From an uncultured Chloroflexia bacterium (GTDB lineage: Bacteria > Chloroflexota > Limnocylindria > Limnocylindrales > CSP1-4): a DNA stretch of 64,000 nucleotides. The position numbers and the translations under genes are program-made. Under the pieces are notes generated by a model. The model was not told the DNA's origin and made no database searches. It worked only from the letters and a program-made list of their open reading frames with translations. Positions 10,939-19,051 of the stretch are shown piece by piece (the stretch's first letter is position 1; every line of letters begins with the position of its first letter). The stretch covers positions 128,847 through 192,846 of the forward strand of contig CAVZXQ010000004.1 of the NCBI GenBank assembly GCA_963779315.1, written 5' to 3'.

Positions 10939-12119
10939 GACCCGCCCCCTCCAGCGGCAACGGAGACGGCAGTCGCTTCATCCCGGATCGTCGGGTCCGT
11001 GGCGTTCGGCATGGCGACCTGGGCGAGGGTCCGCAGGCCACTGGCGTTCCCGGCCACCGCCGCGAACGGAGCTTCGCCATCGGGGATCCGTTCCGCCGGC
11101 GTGTCCGCCGCGATTCGTCCAGCCTCGTCGGCAGCCAGTGGTCCACCGAGGGCTGTCGCGAGAAACGTGGCGACGGTCCGTCGATAGCCGGCGTCCTCGT
11201 ACAGCCAGGAATGGTGCCCGCCCGCGACGACGAGGGTCTCGACCGGCGCCGGTGCGCGCTCCCCGGCTCGCGCCGCTCTTGCCGCCTTCGACAGGCGCAG
11301 CATGTGGGATGCGGGCACGACCGCGTCATCGGCACCGTGCGCCAGGAGGATCGGCCCGTCGTACCGGGCGATGCCGTCGGTCGCGTTGATGTCGCTCACG
11401 ACATGTCCCCTCGGCCGGAGGTAGATCCGGGTGGTCAGCCAGGCGAGCGGGTAGGCGATCGGGTCCGGGAACGGCAGGCGGGCCAGCCGGAATGTCTGGC
11501 GGGTGAGCCGATAGGGGTCGGCTGGGGCGGAGGTGGATACGACGGCAGCCACGCGATCGTCGGCGGCGCCGGCGAGGATCGCCCCGATCGCGCCCATCGA
11601 GTGGCCCGAGATCGCCCCGACAGTGACCTCCGGTCGAGCCAGCAGCGCCACGAACCCGGCGAGGGCATCGGACCCGAACTCGCCGGCGCTGATCGGCAGC
11701 TCCTCGGCAGGGTTGGCGCCGTGCCCCCGCACATCGAGGGTCAGGCAGTGGAACCCGGCCGCGTGCAGGAAGACGGCCATCGGCAGCGTCCGGTCCCTGC
11801 CAGATTCCCAGCCATGGACGAGGACGACGCCGGGGCCGGGCGCACCGTCGCGGGCGGGGATGAACCAGGCCGGCAGGTCGATGTCGCCGGATGAGACGAC
11901 GGTGGTCTCGAAGGGCAGGCCGAGCTCCGTCGGGGTGACGCTCGGCGGTCGCCGGCGTGGGTACCCTGCTCGGGCCCGGTAGACGAGGGCGAATCGATAG
12001 GCGAGCCCGAACGGTGCCACCGCAAGGGCCGCCAGGCCGGCACGTCTGATGCTTCCCACGTGACAAGGGGACGCCACGCGACCCGAACCTGTCAAGCGTG
12101 CCGTGGCCGGGGCCTGCAC
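10935..12119 (-). CDS. alpha/beta hydrolase (prolyl oligopeptidase/dienelactone hydrolase-like)
   Basis: GVVLVHGWESGRD and the nucleophile elbow ISGHSMGAIG. The start is uncertain: the track start is 12119, but a GTG at 12059 would leave a more plausible divergent promoter gap. Confidence 0.8.
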   Translation of the reverse strand: MQAPATARLTGSGRVASPCHVGSIRRAGLAALAVAPFGLAYRFALVYRARAGYPRRRPPSVTPTELGLPFETTVVSSGDIDLPAWFIPARDGAPGPGVVLVHGWESGRDRTLPMAVFLHAAGFHCLTLDVRGHGANPAEELPISAGEFGSDALAGFVALLARPEVTVGAISGHSMGAIGAILAGAADDRVAAVVSTSAPADPYRLTRQTFRLARLPFPDPIAYPLAWLTTRIYLRPRGHVVSDINATDGIARYDGPILLAHGADDAVVPASHMLRLSKAARAARAGERAPAPVETLVVAGGHHSWLYEDAGYRRTVATFLATALGGPLAADEAGRIAADTPAERIPDGEAPFAAVAGNASGLRTLAQVAMPNATDPTIRDEATAVSVAAGGGGS

Positions 12120-12146
12120 GACGCCGGCGACGTAGACTCAGCGGTG

Positions 12147-12863
12147 ATGGTGAAACGCGATCCGCACGTCGTCCTCGGAATCCAGGCGGGTGCCAGTTCG
12201 GCGACGATCAAGGCCGCCTGGCGACGGCTTGCCCGCGAGAACCACCCGGACCTGACCGGCGACGATCCAGCCGCCTCACGGGTCGCGACCCAGCGGATGG
12301 CCGAGATCAACGATGCCTACGCCGCGTTGGTCCGCTCGGGCGACGCGACATCCGACGGCGGACGGCGACCGGATGGCACCACGTTCGACGGCGAGGTGCC
12401 CGTCCGCCGCGGCGGACCGCCGGCCCCGAAGCCGAGCCGGCCGGTCACGGGACGATTGGACACGAGCGCCACCTACCGCCCGCGAAACCGATCCAGCTCG
12501 GACCGGTCCGAGGGCGTCCCATTCTCCGGCCAGCCGCCGCTGCGAGCGGATGTCGCGCGCAGCGAAGCCCCTCGCGCGTCCGTGCCGAACGGTCCGCTGG
12601 TGCGGGACAAGGTCCGGGGTTTCAAGCGGCCGAAGCCGCCGAGCCTGGCGGAAGCGTCCGCACGCGTCCTGGAGTTCGGAAAGTTCCACGGGCACACCCT
12701 GGGTGACGTGGCAGGGTTCGAGCCGTCGTACGTGGACTGGCTGGCGGGCACGGTCATGCGCGATCCCGACATGGCGGCATCGGCGCGAGTCGTCCAGGCG
12801 GACCTGGATCGCCGGGGTATCCAGCGTGGACGTCACCCCTCGGTCTCCGCGCGCACGGCCTGA
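12147..12863 (+). CDS. J-domain (DnaJ-like) protein with DUF3820-like C-terminal module
   Basis: J domain DPHVVLGIQAGASSATIKAAWRRLARENHPDLTGDD...MAEINDAYAAL, then a low-complexity linker, then C-terminal LEFGKFHGHTLGDVAGFEPSYVDWLAG. Confidence 0.8.
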   Translation: MVKRDPHVVLGIQAGASSATIKAAWRRLARENHPDLTGDDPAASRVATQRMAEINDAYAALVRSGDATSDGGRRPDGTTFDGEVPVRRGGPPAPKPSRPVTGRLDTSATYRPRNRSSSDRSEGVPFSGQPPLRADVARSEAPRASVPNGPLVRDKVRGFKRPKPPSLAEASARVLEFGKFHGHTLGDVAGFEPSYVDWLAGTVMRDPDMAASARVVQADLDRRGIQRGRHPSVSARTA

Positions 12864-12879
12864 GGTTCCCGCAAACGCG

Positions 12880-12909
12880 ACATCGCCCCCCGATACTGGA
12901 GGGCGATGT
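12880..12909 (+). terminator. stem-loop just after the J-protein stop (9-bp perfect stem ACATCGCCC/GGGCGATGT, 12-nt loop)
   Basis: Read directly from the sequence. There is no U-tract, so intrinsic-terminator function is uncertain. Confidence 0.3.
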
Positions 12910-13257
12910 GATCGCTGGATTGATGAGACTGATGAGCGCTGCCGTCCCGACGGTCCACCAGGCCTGCTGGCCGTCATCCTGTTACTCGGCTCGTGAACCT
13001 GGACCGGGATCGTGCCCCTCGAACCTTCCTCGAGACGTACGACCGTTCCCTGTTCCGTGACCGACGCCCCAGGTACCTCCTGATTCGATCGCGGGTCGGC
13101 GTAATCGGAACGGTACGCGCCGCTCTACCGTCAAGGCAATACGCCGCTCGTCCCGGTTCGCGCCCGTCGATGGTCGGGCGCACCCGGGCACCGGACCGGG
13201 TACCCCTGTACCAGGTGTCCGAACGCACCGGGCGGCGACTCCCGGTACCCTGACCGC

Positions 13258-13848
13258 ATGCCCCGTCTCGTGCGCCTGTTTGCGCCGGTCTTGTTCGCGC
13301 TGCTCGTCGCCCTCGCCGCAGGAGCCTGCGGCGGATCGGCGTCTGCATCGTTCGACCCGACCGGCGATTGCACCGCCGACGGGTCCGCCCCGGGCGCCTA
13401 CCCGGACTTGGAGGCGCGCGTGCCCGAGCGGTTCATGGACGCGGCCCCGGGACTCCTTGACTCGGGTCGCAACTGTTCAGCGGCCAACCTTGGCACCCTC
13501 GCCGAGTCCGGGATCAGCGAGGTCCGTTTCGCCGGGGGCACCTGGACGTTCGGTGCCGAACGCGCGGCGGTCCTCGCGGTGTTCACGGCCCCCGGCTTGA
13601 CGGCCGGTGCCCTGGCGGACGTGTACCTCGACAGTGCCGGCACGGCCAACCGAACGAAGATCCTTGGCGCGACCACGCCGACCATCGAGGGGCGGTCCGG
13701 CCGTCGCCTCGACACCCAGACCGGGTCCAGGGTGCAGACCGTGCTCGTCTGGCCGTCCCTCACGCCGGACCAGGTCAACGTCGTGATCACCAACGACCTG
13801 CCGGATGCCCGGATCGACGATGCCGTCGCCGCCTTCGAGGGGCGCTGA
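13258..13848 (+). CDS. lipoprotein, function unknown
   Basis: Signal peptide with lipobox MPRLVRLFAPVLFALLVALAAGAC-GG; 196 aa. Confidence 0.7.
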   Translation: MPRLVRLFAPVLFALLVALAAGACGGSASASFDPTGDCTADGSAPGAYPDLEARVPERFMDAAPGLLDSGRNCSAANLGTLAESGISEVRFAGGTWTFGAERAAVLAVFTAPGLTAGALADVYLDSAGTANRTKILGATTPTIEGRSGRRLDTQTGSRVQTVLVWPSLTPDQVNVVITNDLPDARIDDAVAAFEGR

Positions 13849-13890
13849 GCTGCACCGGCGTGCCCGTTGGCCCGTGCTAGAGTCGCCGTC

Positions 13891-15585
13891 ATGAGGGACC
13901 AGCCGGCCGATCGCGACGCGGCCGCCCGACGACGTCGTTGGCAAGTGGAGCGCCTCGATCCGGCGCTCTCGCGGTCACCGGAACGGCGCGCCCGCTTCTC
14001 GACGATCGGCGACACGACCGTTGACGGCCTGTACGGACCCTGGTCGGCGGCCGACGCCGATCCGCTCGAGGCCATCGGCTTCCCGGGCGAGGCGCCATTC
14101 ACCCGGGGGATCCACCCGACCGGGTATCGGAGCCGGTTGTGGACGATGCGCATGTTCGCCGGGTTCGGTGCCGCGGAGGACACCAACGCGCGTTTTCGAC
14201 AGTTGCTGGACGCCGGCCAGACGGGCCTGTCGGTCGCGTTCGACATGCCCACGCTGTACGGCTACGACACGGACGATGTGGAGGCCGAAGGCGAGTTCGG
14301 GACCTGCGGCGTGGCCGTCAGCTCGCTGGCCGACATGGAGGTGCTGCTGAGCGGCCTGCCCCTGGAGCGGGTCAGCACGTCCATGACGATCAATTCCCCG
14401 GCCGCGCCGATCTGGGCGATGTACATCGTGGCCGCGGAGCAGGCCGGCGTGCCGCGCGACCGGCTGGAGGGCACCACCCAGAACGACATCCTCAAGGAGT
14501 TCGTGGCCCAGAAGGAGTACCTCTTCCCGCCGGCTCCGTCGATGCGTCTGGTCACGGACACGATCGAGTTCGGGACCCGCGAGATGCCGCGCTGGAACAC
14601 GGTCAGCATCAGCGGCTATCACATCCGCGAAGCCGGCTCCACGGCGATCCAGGAGCTCGCCTTCACCGTCGCCGACGGGATGGCCTACGTCGAGGCGGCC
14701 CTCGCTCGTGGCCTCCGCATCGACGACTTCGCGCCGCGCCTGAGCTTCTTCTTCAACAGCCACAGCGACTTCTTCGAGGAGATCGCGAAGTTCCGGGCAT
14801 CGAGACGCATCTGGTCGACCTTGATGGTCGATCGGTACCACGCGGAGAACGAGCGCTCGGCCTGGATGCGTTTCCACACCCAGACCGCCGGCGTGTCGCT
14901 GACACCGCAACAGCCCCTGAACAACCTGACCCGGGTGGCGATCCAGGCCCTGGCCGCCGTCCTGGGCGGCACGCAGTCGCTGCACACCGATGCCCACGAC
15001 GAGGCGCTCGCAGTCCCGACCGCCGAGGCGGCGCTGCTGGCCCTTCGCCAGCAGCAGATCATCGCCGAGGAGACCGGGGTGGACGCCACGGTGGATCCAC
15101 TCGGCGGCTCCTGGTTCGTCGAGGCGCTGACGGACGAGACGGAGCGTGCCGTGTGGCGTTACCTCGATGAGATCGATCGCCGCGGCGGGATGGTCGCGGC
15201 CATCACCGAAGGCTATCCGCAGCGCGAGATCGCCGACGCCGCCTATCGGTACCAGCGCGAATTCGATGCCGGCGATCGTCGCGTGGTCGGCGTCAACGCG
15301 TATGTCGATGAGAGCGAGGTCACCCGCGTGCCGGTCCTGACCGTTCCGCCCGGCTCGCTGGAGGCGCATCTGGCTCGACTTGGCCACACGCGCCGTGAGC
15401 GGGATGCATCGGCGGTCGAGTCGGCGCTGGCCGGGTTGCGGGACGCTGCCGGTCGCCCCGAGAGCAGCGCCACGAACCTGATGCCGCATTTCATCCGGTG
15501 CGCCGCCGCCTACGCCACGCTCGGCGAGCAATGCCGGGTCCTGCGCGAGGTCTTCGGGGAGTACCGAGAGCCGGTCTCGGTCTAG
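13891..15585 (+). CDS. B12-dependent acyl-CoA mutase, large (catalytic TIM-barrel) subunit; ICM/MCM family
   Basis: [30 protein letters not shown]...[15 protein letters not shown]...[20 protein letters not shown]...[20 protein letters not shown] prefer the ATG at 13891 to the TTG at 13867. There is no C-terminal B12 domain, so the enzyme is split. Confidence 0.9.
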   Translation: MRDQPADRDAAARRRRWQVERLDPALSRSPERRARFSTIGDTTVDGLYGPWSAADADPLEAIGFPGEAPFTRGIHPTGYRSRLWTMRMFAGFGAAEDTNARFRQLLDAGQTGLSVAFDMPTLYGYDTDDVEAEGEFGTCGVAVSSLADMEVLLSGLPLERVSTSMTINSPAAPIWAMYIVAAEQAGVPRDRLEGTTQNDILKEFVAQKEYLFPPAPSMRLVTDTIEFGTREMPRWNTVSISGYHIREAGSTAIQELAFTVADGMAYVEAALARGLRIDDFAPRLSFFFNSHSDFFEEIAKFRASRRIWSTLMVDRYHAENERSAWMRFHTQTAGVSLTPQQPLNNLTRVAIQALAAVLGGTQSLHTDAHDEALAVPTAEAALLALRQQQIIAEETGVDATVDPLGGSWFVEALTDETERAVWRYLDEIDRRGGMVAAITEGYPQREIADAAYRYQREFDAGDRRVVGVNAYVDESEVTRVPVLTVPPGSLEAHLARLGHTRRERDASAVESALAGLRDAAGRPESSATNLMPHFIRCAAAYATLGEQCRVLREVFGEYREPVSV

Positions 15586-15598
15586 CGTTCGGTCCGGT

Positions 15599-16315
15599 TC
15601 ACGTCTCGGGAGGAAGTGCCGCGAGAACGCCCGCGGCGAAGGTGGCGGCTCCGACGAGCGTCGTGCCGCTCCAATCCACGCCGGTCCGGTGCGCGACTCC
15701 GTCGGAGCCTCCCATCCGACCGCCCAGCATGATCGGGATGTCAGTTCGTGCGGCCTGGCGGATGGCGGCGACGGTCTGGTCGACAGTCTCGAGTCGGGCG
15801 ACATCCGATGCGGTGATCGCCACGAGCCGCGCCTCGTTGCGGGCGATGAACGCGGCGAGGTCCCTGGCGGGCACGTCCGCACCGAGCCGGGCGACCGTCC
15901 AGCCGCCCTCGCCGAGGACATGTTCCAGGCAGACGAGCCCGATCGTGTGGTGCTCGCCGCTGACGCCCGCCAGGACGGCGACGGGTCCGATCCGCCCCTC
16001 GGGTCCGAGTTGCGGTCGGATGCGCTCCAGCGCGCGGATCAGTGTCTGGCTGGCCAGGTGTTCCTCGGCGATACCCCACTGGCCACTCGACCAGCGCTCG
16101 CCCACCAGCTCCATCGCGTCGGCGAGGAGGCCGTCGTAGACCTCGGCGCGAGGCGCTTCCTCGAGTGCGTGTCCCAGGGTCCATGCCGCAAGTTCGTCGT
16201 CGCCATCCGCCAGGAGCCCAGCCAGCAGCTCTGGGCTGAGGCTCGAGGATGGGACATCGCCCGATGCGGACGGATCGACCGGCGGCAGGGCGGGGGGAAG
16301 GTCATCGGGATCCAC
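15599..16315 (-). CDS. stand-alone CarH/LitR-type cobalamin-binding module (four-helix bundle plus Rossmann B12 domain), no DNA-binding domain
   Basis: Wx9EH motif (ERW-SSGQWGIAE-EH) and the lower-ligand motif GEHHTIG, followed by ...ARLVAITAS... The N-terminal roughly 25 aa are Pro/Ser-rich with no HTH. Confidence 0.8.
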   Translation of the reverse strand: MDPDDLPPALPPVDPSASGDVPSSSLSPELLAGLLADGDDELAAWTLGHALEEAPRAEVYDGLLADAMELVGERWSSGQWGIAEEHLASQTLIRALERIRPQLGPEGRIGPVAVLAGVSGEHHTIGLVCLEHVLGEGGWTVARLGADVPARDLAAFIARNEARLVAITASDVARLETVDQTVAAIRQAARTDIPIMLGGRMGGSDGVAHRTGVDWSGTTLVGAATFAAGVLAALPPET

Positions 16316-16365
16316 GGAGCGAATCTAGCACCCGCCGCCCAGCCGGAACGGCGTACCATCGGGCC

Positions 16366-16848
16366 ATGTACCTCGACGCACTCGAATTCCTCGAAGAGGA
16401 ACACGACACCTGGGCACCGTACGAAGCGCTTGCCGCGCTGACCGACGAACAACTCGAGCGTCCGGTGGAAGGTGCCCATGGCTGGTCCGGACGGGACCTC
16501 ATCGCCCACATGCTGGCGTGGCAGGGTGTCGCCCTCGACGTCGCACGCGAGTTGGCGGTGGGCGAGGACAGCCCAACGATCGCGCGGGTCGATGCGGCCT
16601 TCGAAGCCGAAGGCGGCGACGCGTACAACGCCGACATCCAGGCGACCTGGGCGACGGTGCCGATGTCCGAGTTGCGCGAGCGCCTGCGGACCCAGCCTGG
16701 CGAGTTGCGCGGCACGCTCACGGTCGTCCCGGAGTCGCGTTGGGTGAAGCACGCGGAGCACTTGGGGACCTTCCACGACGAGACGATCGCCCATTACGAG
16801 GAGCATCGGACAGAGCTTGCCGCGATCCTGGCGGCCGCCGGGGCGTGA
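16366..16848 (+). CDS. DinB/MDMPI-like four-helix-bundle protein
   Basis: ATG at 16366 inside track ORF 16249..16848. Contains ...GAHGWSGRDLIAHMLAWQ...HYEEHRTEL. Confidence 0.6.
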   Translation: MYLDALEFLEEEHDTWAPYEALAALTDEQLERPVEGAHGWSGRDLIAHMLAWQGVALDVARELAVGEDSPTIARVDAAFEAEGGDAYNADIQATWATVPMSELRERLRTQPGELRGTLTVVPESRWVKHAEHLGTFHDETIAHYEEHRTELAAILAAAGA

Positions 16849-17156
16849 CGCCGGCGGAGCTGCTGACCGAGGCCGGCGAGTCCCTCGCGGGGGTGTCGGC
16901 CACGGTGGATGCCTCGGGCGGTCTCATCTGGGATCGGACAGGACGCCCATTCGCGACGGCCGGAGCGGACGGGCTGACCGTGGAGTTCCGGCTTGACCCG
17001 GCCGTGGCGGCGGCTGCTCTTCGGACGCCGGACACGAACCCGTCTCGCCGAGGACAGGACTGGATCAGCTTCCGCCCCGAGTCGCTGGACGAGCACGCGC
17101 TCGACCGCGCCGAGGCGTGGTTCGGATCGGCCTGGCGACGGGCGGAGCGACCCTGA
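16845..17156 (+). CDS. hypothetical protein
   Basis: GTG at 16845 overlaps the preceding TGA (GTGA). About 103 aa with coding-like codon bias. No family recognised. Confidence 0.4.
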   Translation: MTPAELLTEAGESLAGVSATVDASGGLIWDRTGRPFATAGADGLTVEFRLDPAVAAAALRTPDTNPSRRGQDWISFRPESLDEHALDRAEAWFGSAWRRAERP

Positions 17157-17172
17157 AGGGAACCGGACATGC

Positions 17173-17203
17173 GATGACCCCGGTCGGAGGAACCGGGGTC
17201 ATC
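17173..17203. terminator. bidirectional stem-loop between convergent genes (GATGACCCCGG-N9-CCGGGGTCATC)
   Basis: 11-bp perfect inverted repeat in the 69-nt gap between the hypothetical gene (+) and trxA (-). Confidence 0.5.
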
Positions 17204-17225
17204 TGCGTGAGGAGGCGCGTGGGCG

Positions 17226-17570
17226 TCAGTCGGCGGTAGCGACCGCAAACGCAGCGAGTCCGAACTGCTGCTCGAGCTGCTCGAGGGGCTTGAACCCGAC
17301 GACGCCCTGCGGCGGCTCGCCCGGCTTGAAGAAGGCGATGGTGGGGATGCTCAGGATGTTGAAGGCCTGGGACAGGCGCGGGTTCGCGTCCACGTCCACC
17401 TTGACCACGTCGACGCTGCCGTCGTACTTCTGGGCCAGCTTCTCCAGCTCCGGGGCAACCAGCTTGCACGGTCCGCACCACGCCGCCCAGAAGTCGACCA
17501 CGACGGGTCGTTCGGCCTTCAGGACGAGCTCCTCGAAGGTGGCGTCCGTCGCATGCTTGATCTCGGCCAT
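17226..17570 (-). CDS. trxA: thioredoxin
   Basis: 114 aa; WAAWCGPCK active site. Confidence 0.95.
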   Translation of the reverse strand: MAEIKHATDATFEELVLKAERPVVVDFWAAWCGPCKLVAPELEKLAQKYDGSVDVVKVDVDANPRLSQAFNILSIPTIAFFKPGEPPQGVVGFKPLEQLEQQFGLAAFAVATAD

Positions 17571-17635
17571 GAGATCCGATCCCTTTCTCCCGCCTCGCGG
17601 GATGTTCCTGCCGGACGATGCGCCCGGCCTGCCCT

Positions 17636-17935
17636 TCAGCGGGCGATGTCCTGGATGAGTCGGTAGGCCTCCAGGACCCGTGGGTCCGAGAGGCGATACA
17701 GCACGGTGCTGCCCTCACGCCGGCTCGTAACGAGCCCGGCGCTGCGCAGCACGCTGAGGTGCTGGCTCATGTTGGGAACCTGGCAGCCGACGGTCGTACT
17801 GAGGTCGCTGACCGACGACTCGCCCGAGGCGAGTGACTCCAGGACACACAGGCGCTTGGGGTCGGCGAGGGCACGACCGACGGCGGCGTACCGCTGGCGA
17901 TCGGGCTCGGCCGAGATCGGCTGCTGTTCCAACAC
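17636..17935 (-). CDS. ArsR/SmtB family transcriptional regulator
   Basis: 99 aa; LADPKRLCVLESLASGESSVSDLSTTVGCQVPNMSQHLSVLRSAGLV. Confidence 0.9.
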   Translation of the reverse strand: MLEQQPISAEPDRQRYAAVGRALADPKRLCVLESLASGESSVSDLSTTVGCQVPNMSQHLSVLRSAGLVTSRREGSTVLYRLSDPRVLEAYRLIQDIAR

Positions 17936-17954
17936 GACCGAAAGGTATCACTGT

Positions 17955-17970
17955 TTGCGCAAGTACGCAA
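17955..17970. promoter_or_regulatory. AT-richer palindrome TTGCGCAAGTACGCAA in the arsR/threonine-dehydratase divergent region (candidate operator)
   Basis: TTGCG-N6-CGCAA inverted repeat 20 nt upstream of the ArsR start. It lies in the locally lowest-GC patch of this intergenic region. Confidence 0.3.
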
Positions 17971-18022
17971 CCGTTGGCGCCTCGCCCGCCCGGTCGCTCG
18001 CCCGCCCGGCATACTCACGCCG

Positions 18023-19051
18023 ATGCATGACTCGACCGACCACCTGGTGCCGCCTGGCGAGTTCACCGCGGCCCGTGAGCGGCTGGCGGGTCTTGTGCGA
18101 CGCACGCCGCTGCTCTCGTCCTCCACGGCGGCTCGCTGGGTGCACGCGGCCACTGGTAAACGACTCGCGGACGACAGGCTCTACCTCAAGGCCGAGCATC
18201 TTCAGACGACCGGATCATTCAAGGCGCGCGGGACGACGAACCGGATCGCCACCCTCCCGCCGGAGGCCCACGCGCGCGGTGCGATCACCCTGTCGGCGGG
18301 CAATGCCGGTCAGGCTTATGCGTACGCTGGGCGAGCGTCAGGCGTGGCGGTGACCGTGGTCATGCCCGCCGCGGCGGTCGCCTCGAAGGTGGATGCCTGT
18401 CGCGGCTACGGCGCCCGCGTGATCCTGCACGGTGACACCATCGGCGAAGCATTCGCCGAGACGGAGCGAGTCCGCGAAGCGGAAGGTCTCATCTTCGTGC
18501 ACCCGTACGACGACCCGATGGTCATCGCGGGCCACGGGATGTTGGGCTCCGAGATCCTCGAGGACCTGCCCGACGTCGACGTCGTGGTCGTTGCCATCGG
18601 CGGCGGCGGGCTGATCTCGGGCGTCGCCGCAGCGATCCGCGAGGAGCGACCGTCTGTCCGTGTCTACGGCGTCGAGCCCGAGACATCCGACGCCGTGTCG
18701 CAGGCGATGAGCGCCGGGAAGGTCGTCACGATCCAGCCTCGGAGCGTGGCGGACGGCCTGGGCGCCCCGTTCGCGGGTGTCTGGACGCTCGCGATGGTGC
18801 AGCGCTACCTCGAAGGCATCGTGCTGGTCGACGACGCGACGATCCTCGCGGGCCTCCGCTTCGCCGTCGAACGCATGAAGCAGGTCGTGGAGCCCGCCGG
18901 CGCCGCCGCGCTCGCCGCGGTCCTCGCCGGCCGCATCCCGATCCGCGACGGCGAACGAGTGGCGGTCGTGCTGTCCGGCGGGAACGTCGCCGTCGATCGT
19001 CTGGGTGAGCTGCTCGCCGCGGCTGGAACGCTCCCGGGCTCCGGCTCTTGA
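18023..19051 (+). CDS. threonine/serine ammonia-lyase (PLP, no regulatory ACT domain)
   Basis: 342 aa; PLP lysine in LQTTGSFKARGT; GGGGLISG loop. Confidence 0.85.
   Translation: MHDSTDHLVPPGEFTAARERLAGLVRRTPLLSSSTAARWVHAATGKRLADDRLYLKAEHLQTTGSFKARGTTNRIATLPPEAHARGAITLSAGNAGQAYAYAGRASGVAVTVVMPAAAVASKVDACRGYGARVILHGDTIGEAFAETERVREAEGLIFVHPYDDPMVIAGHGMLGSEILEDLPDVDVVVVAIGGGGLISGVAAAIREERPSVRVYGVEPETSDAVSQAMSAGKVVTIQPRSVADGLGAPFAGVWTLAMVQRYLEGIVLVDDATILAGLRFAVERMKQVVEPAGAAALAAVLAGRIPIRDGERVAVVLSGGNVAVDRLGELLAAAGTLPGSGS

Noticed and set aside
12929-12936. CUGAUGAG, the hammerhead ribozyme core sequence (also a TGATGAG duplication)
   Set aside because: There is no matching GAAA element, no cleavage-site triplet and no three-stem arrangement nearby. 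It is most likely chance.
13103-13120. AATCGGAACGGTACGCGC, resembling the T-box conserved sequence (…GGUGGUACCGCG)
   Set aside because: The match is only partial. There is no specifier-loop architecture, and the downstream genes are not aminoacyl-tRNA synthetase or amino-acid genes.
12864-13257. Cobalamin riboswitch upstream of the B12 mutase locus
   Set aside because: The context is tempting. However, I could find neither the B12 box (GCCACTG-type core) nor the GGGAA/GGTG...CC motifs on either strand.
13975-15921. 648-aa minus-strand ORF opposite the mutase large subunit
   Set aside because: It is a shadow ORF. The plus strand carries an unambiguous mutase, and the minus-strand product is low-complexity (R/G/P/A).
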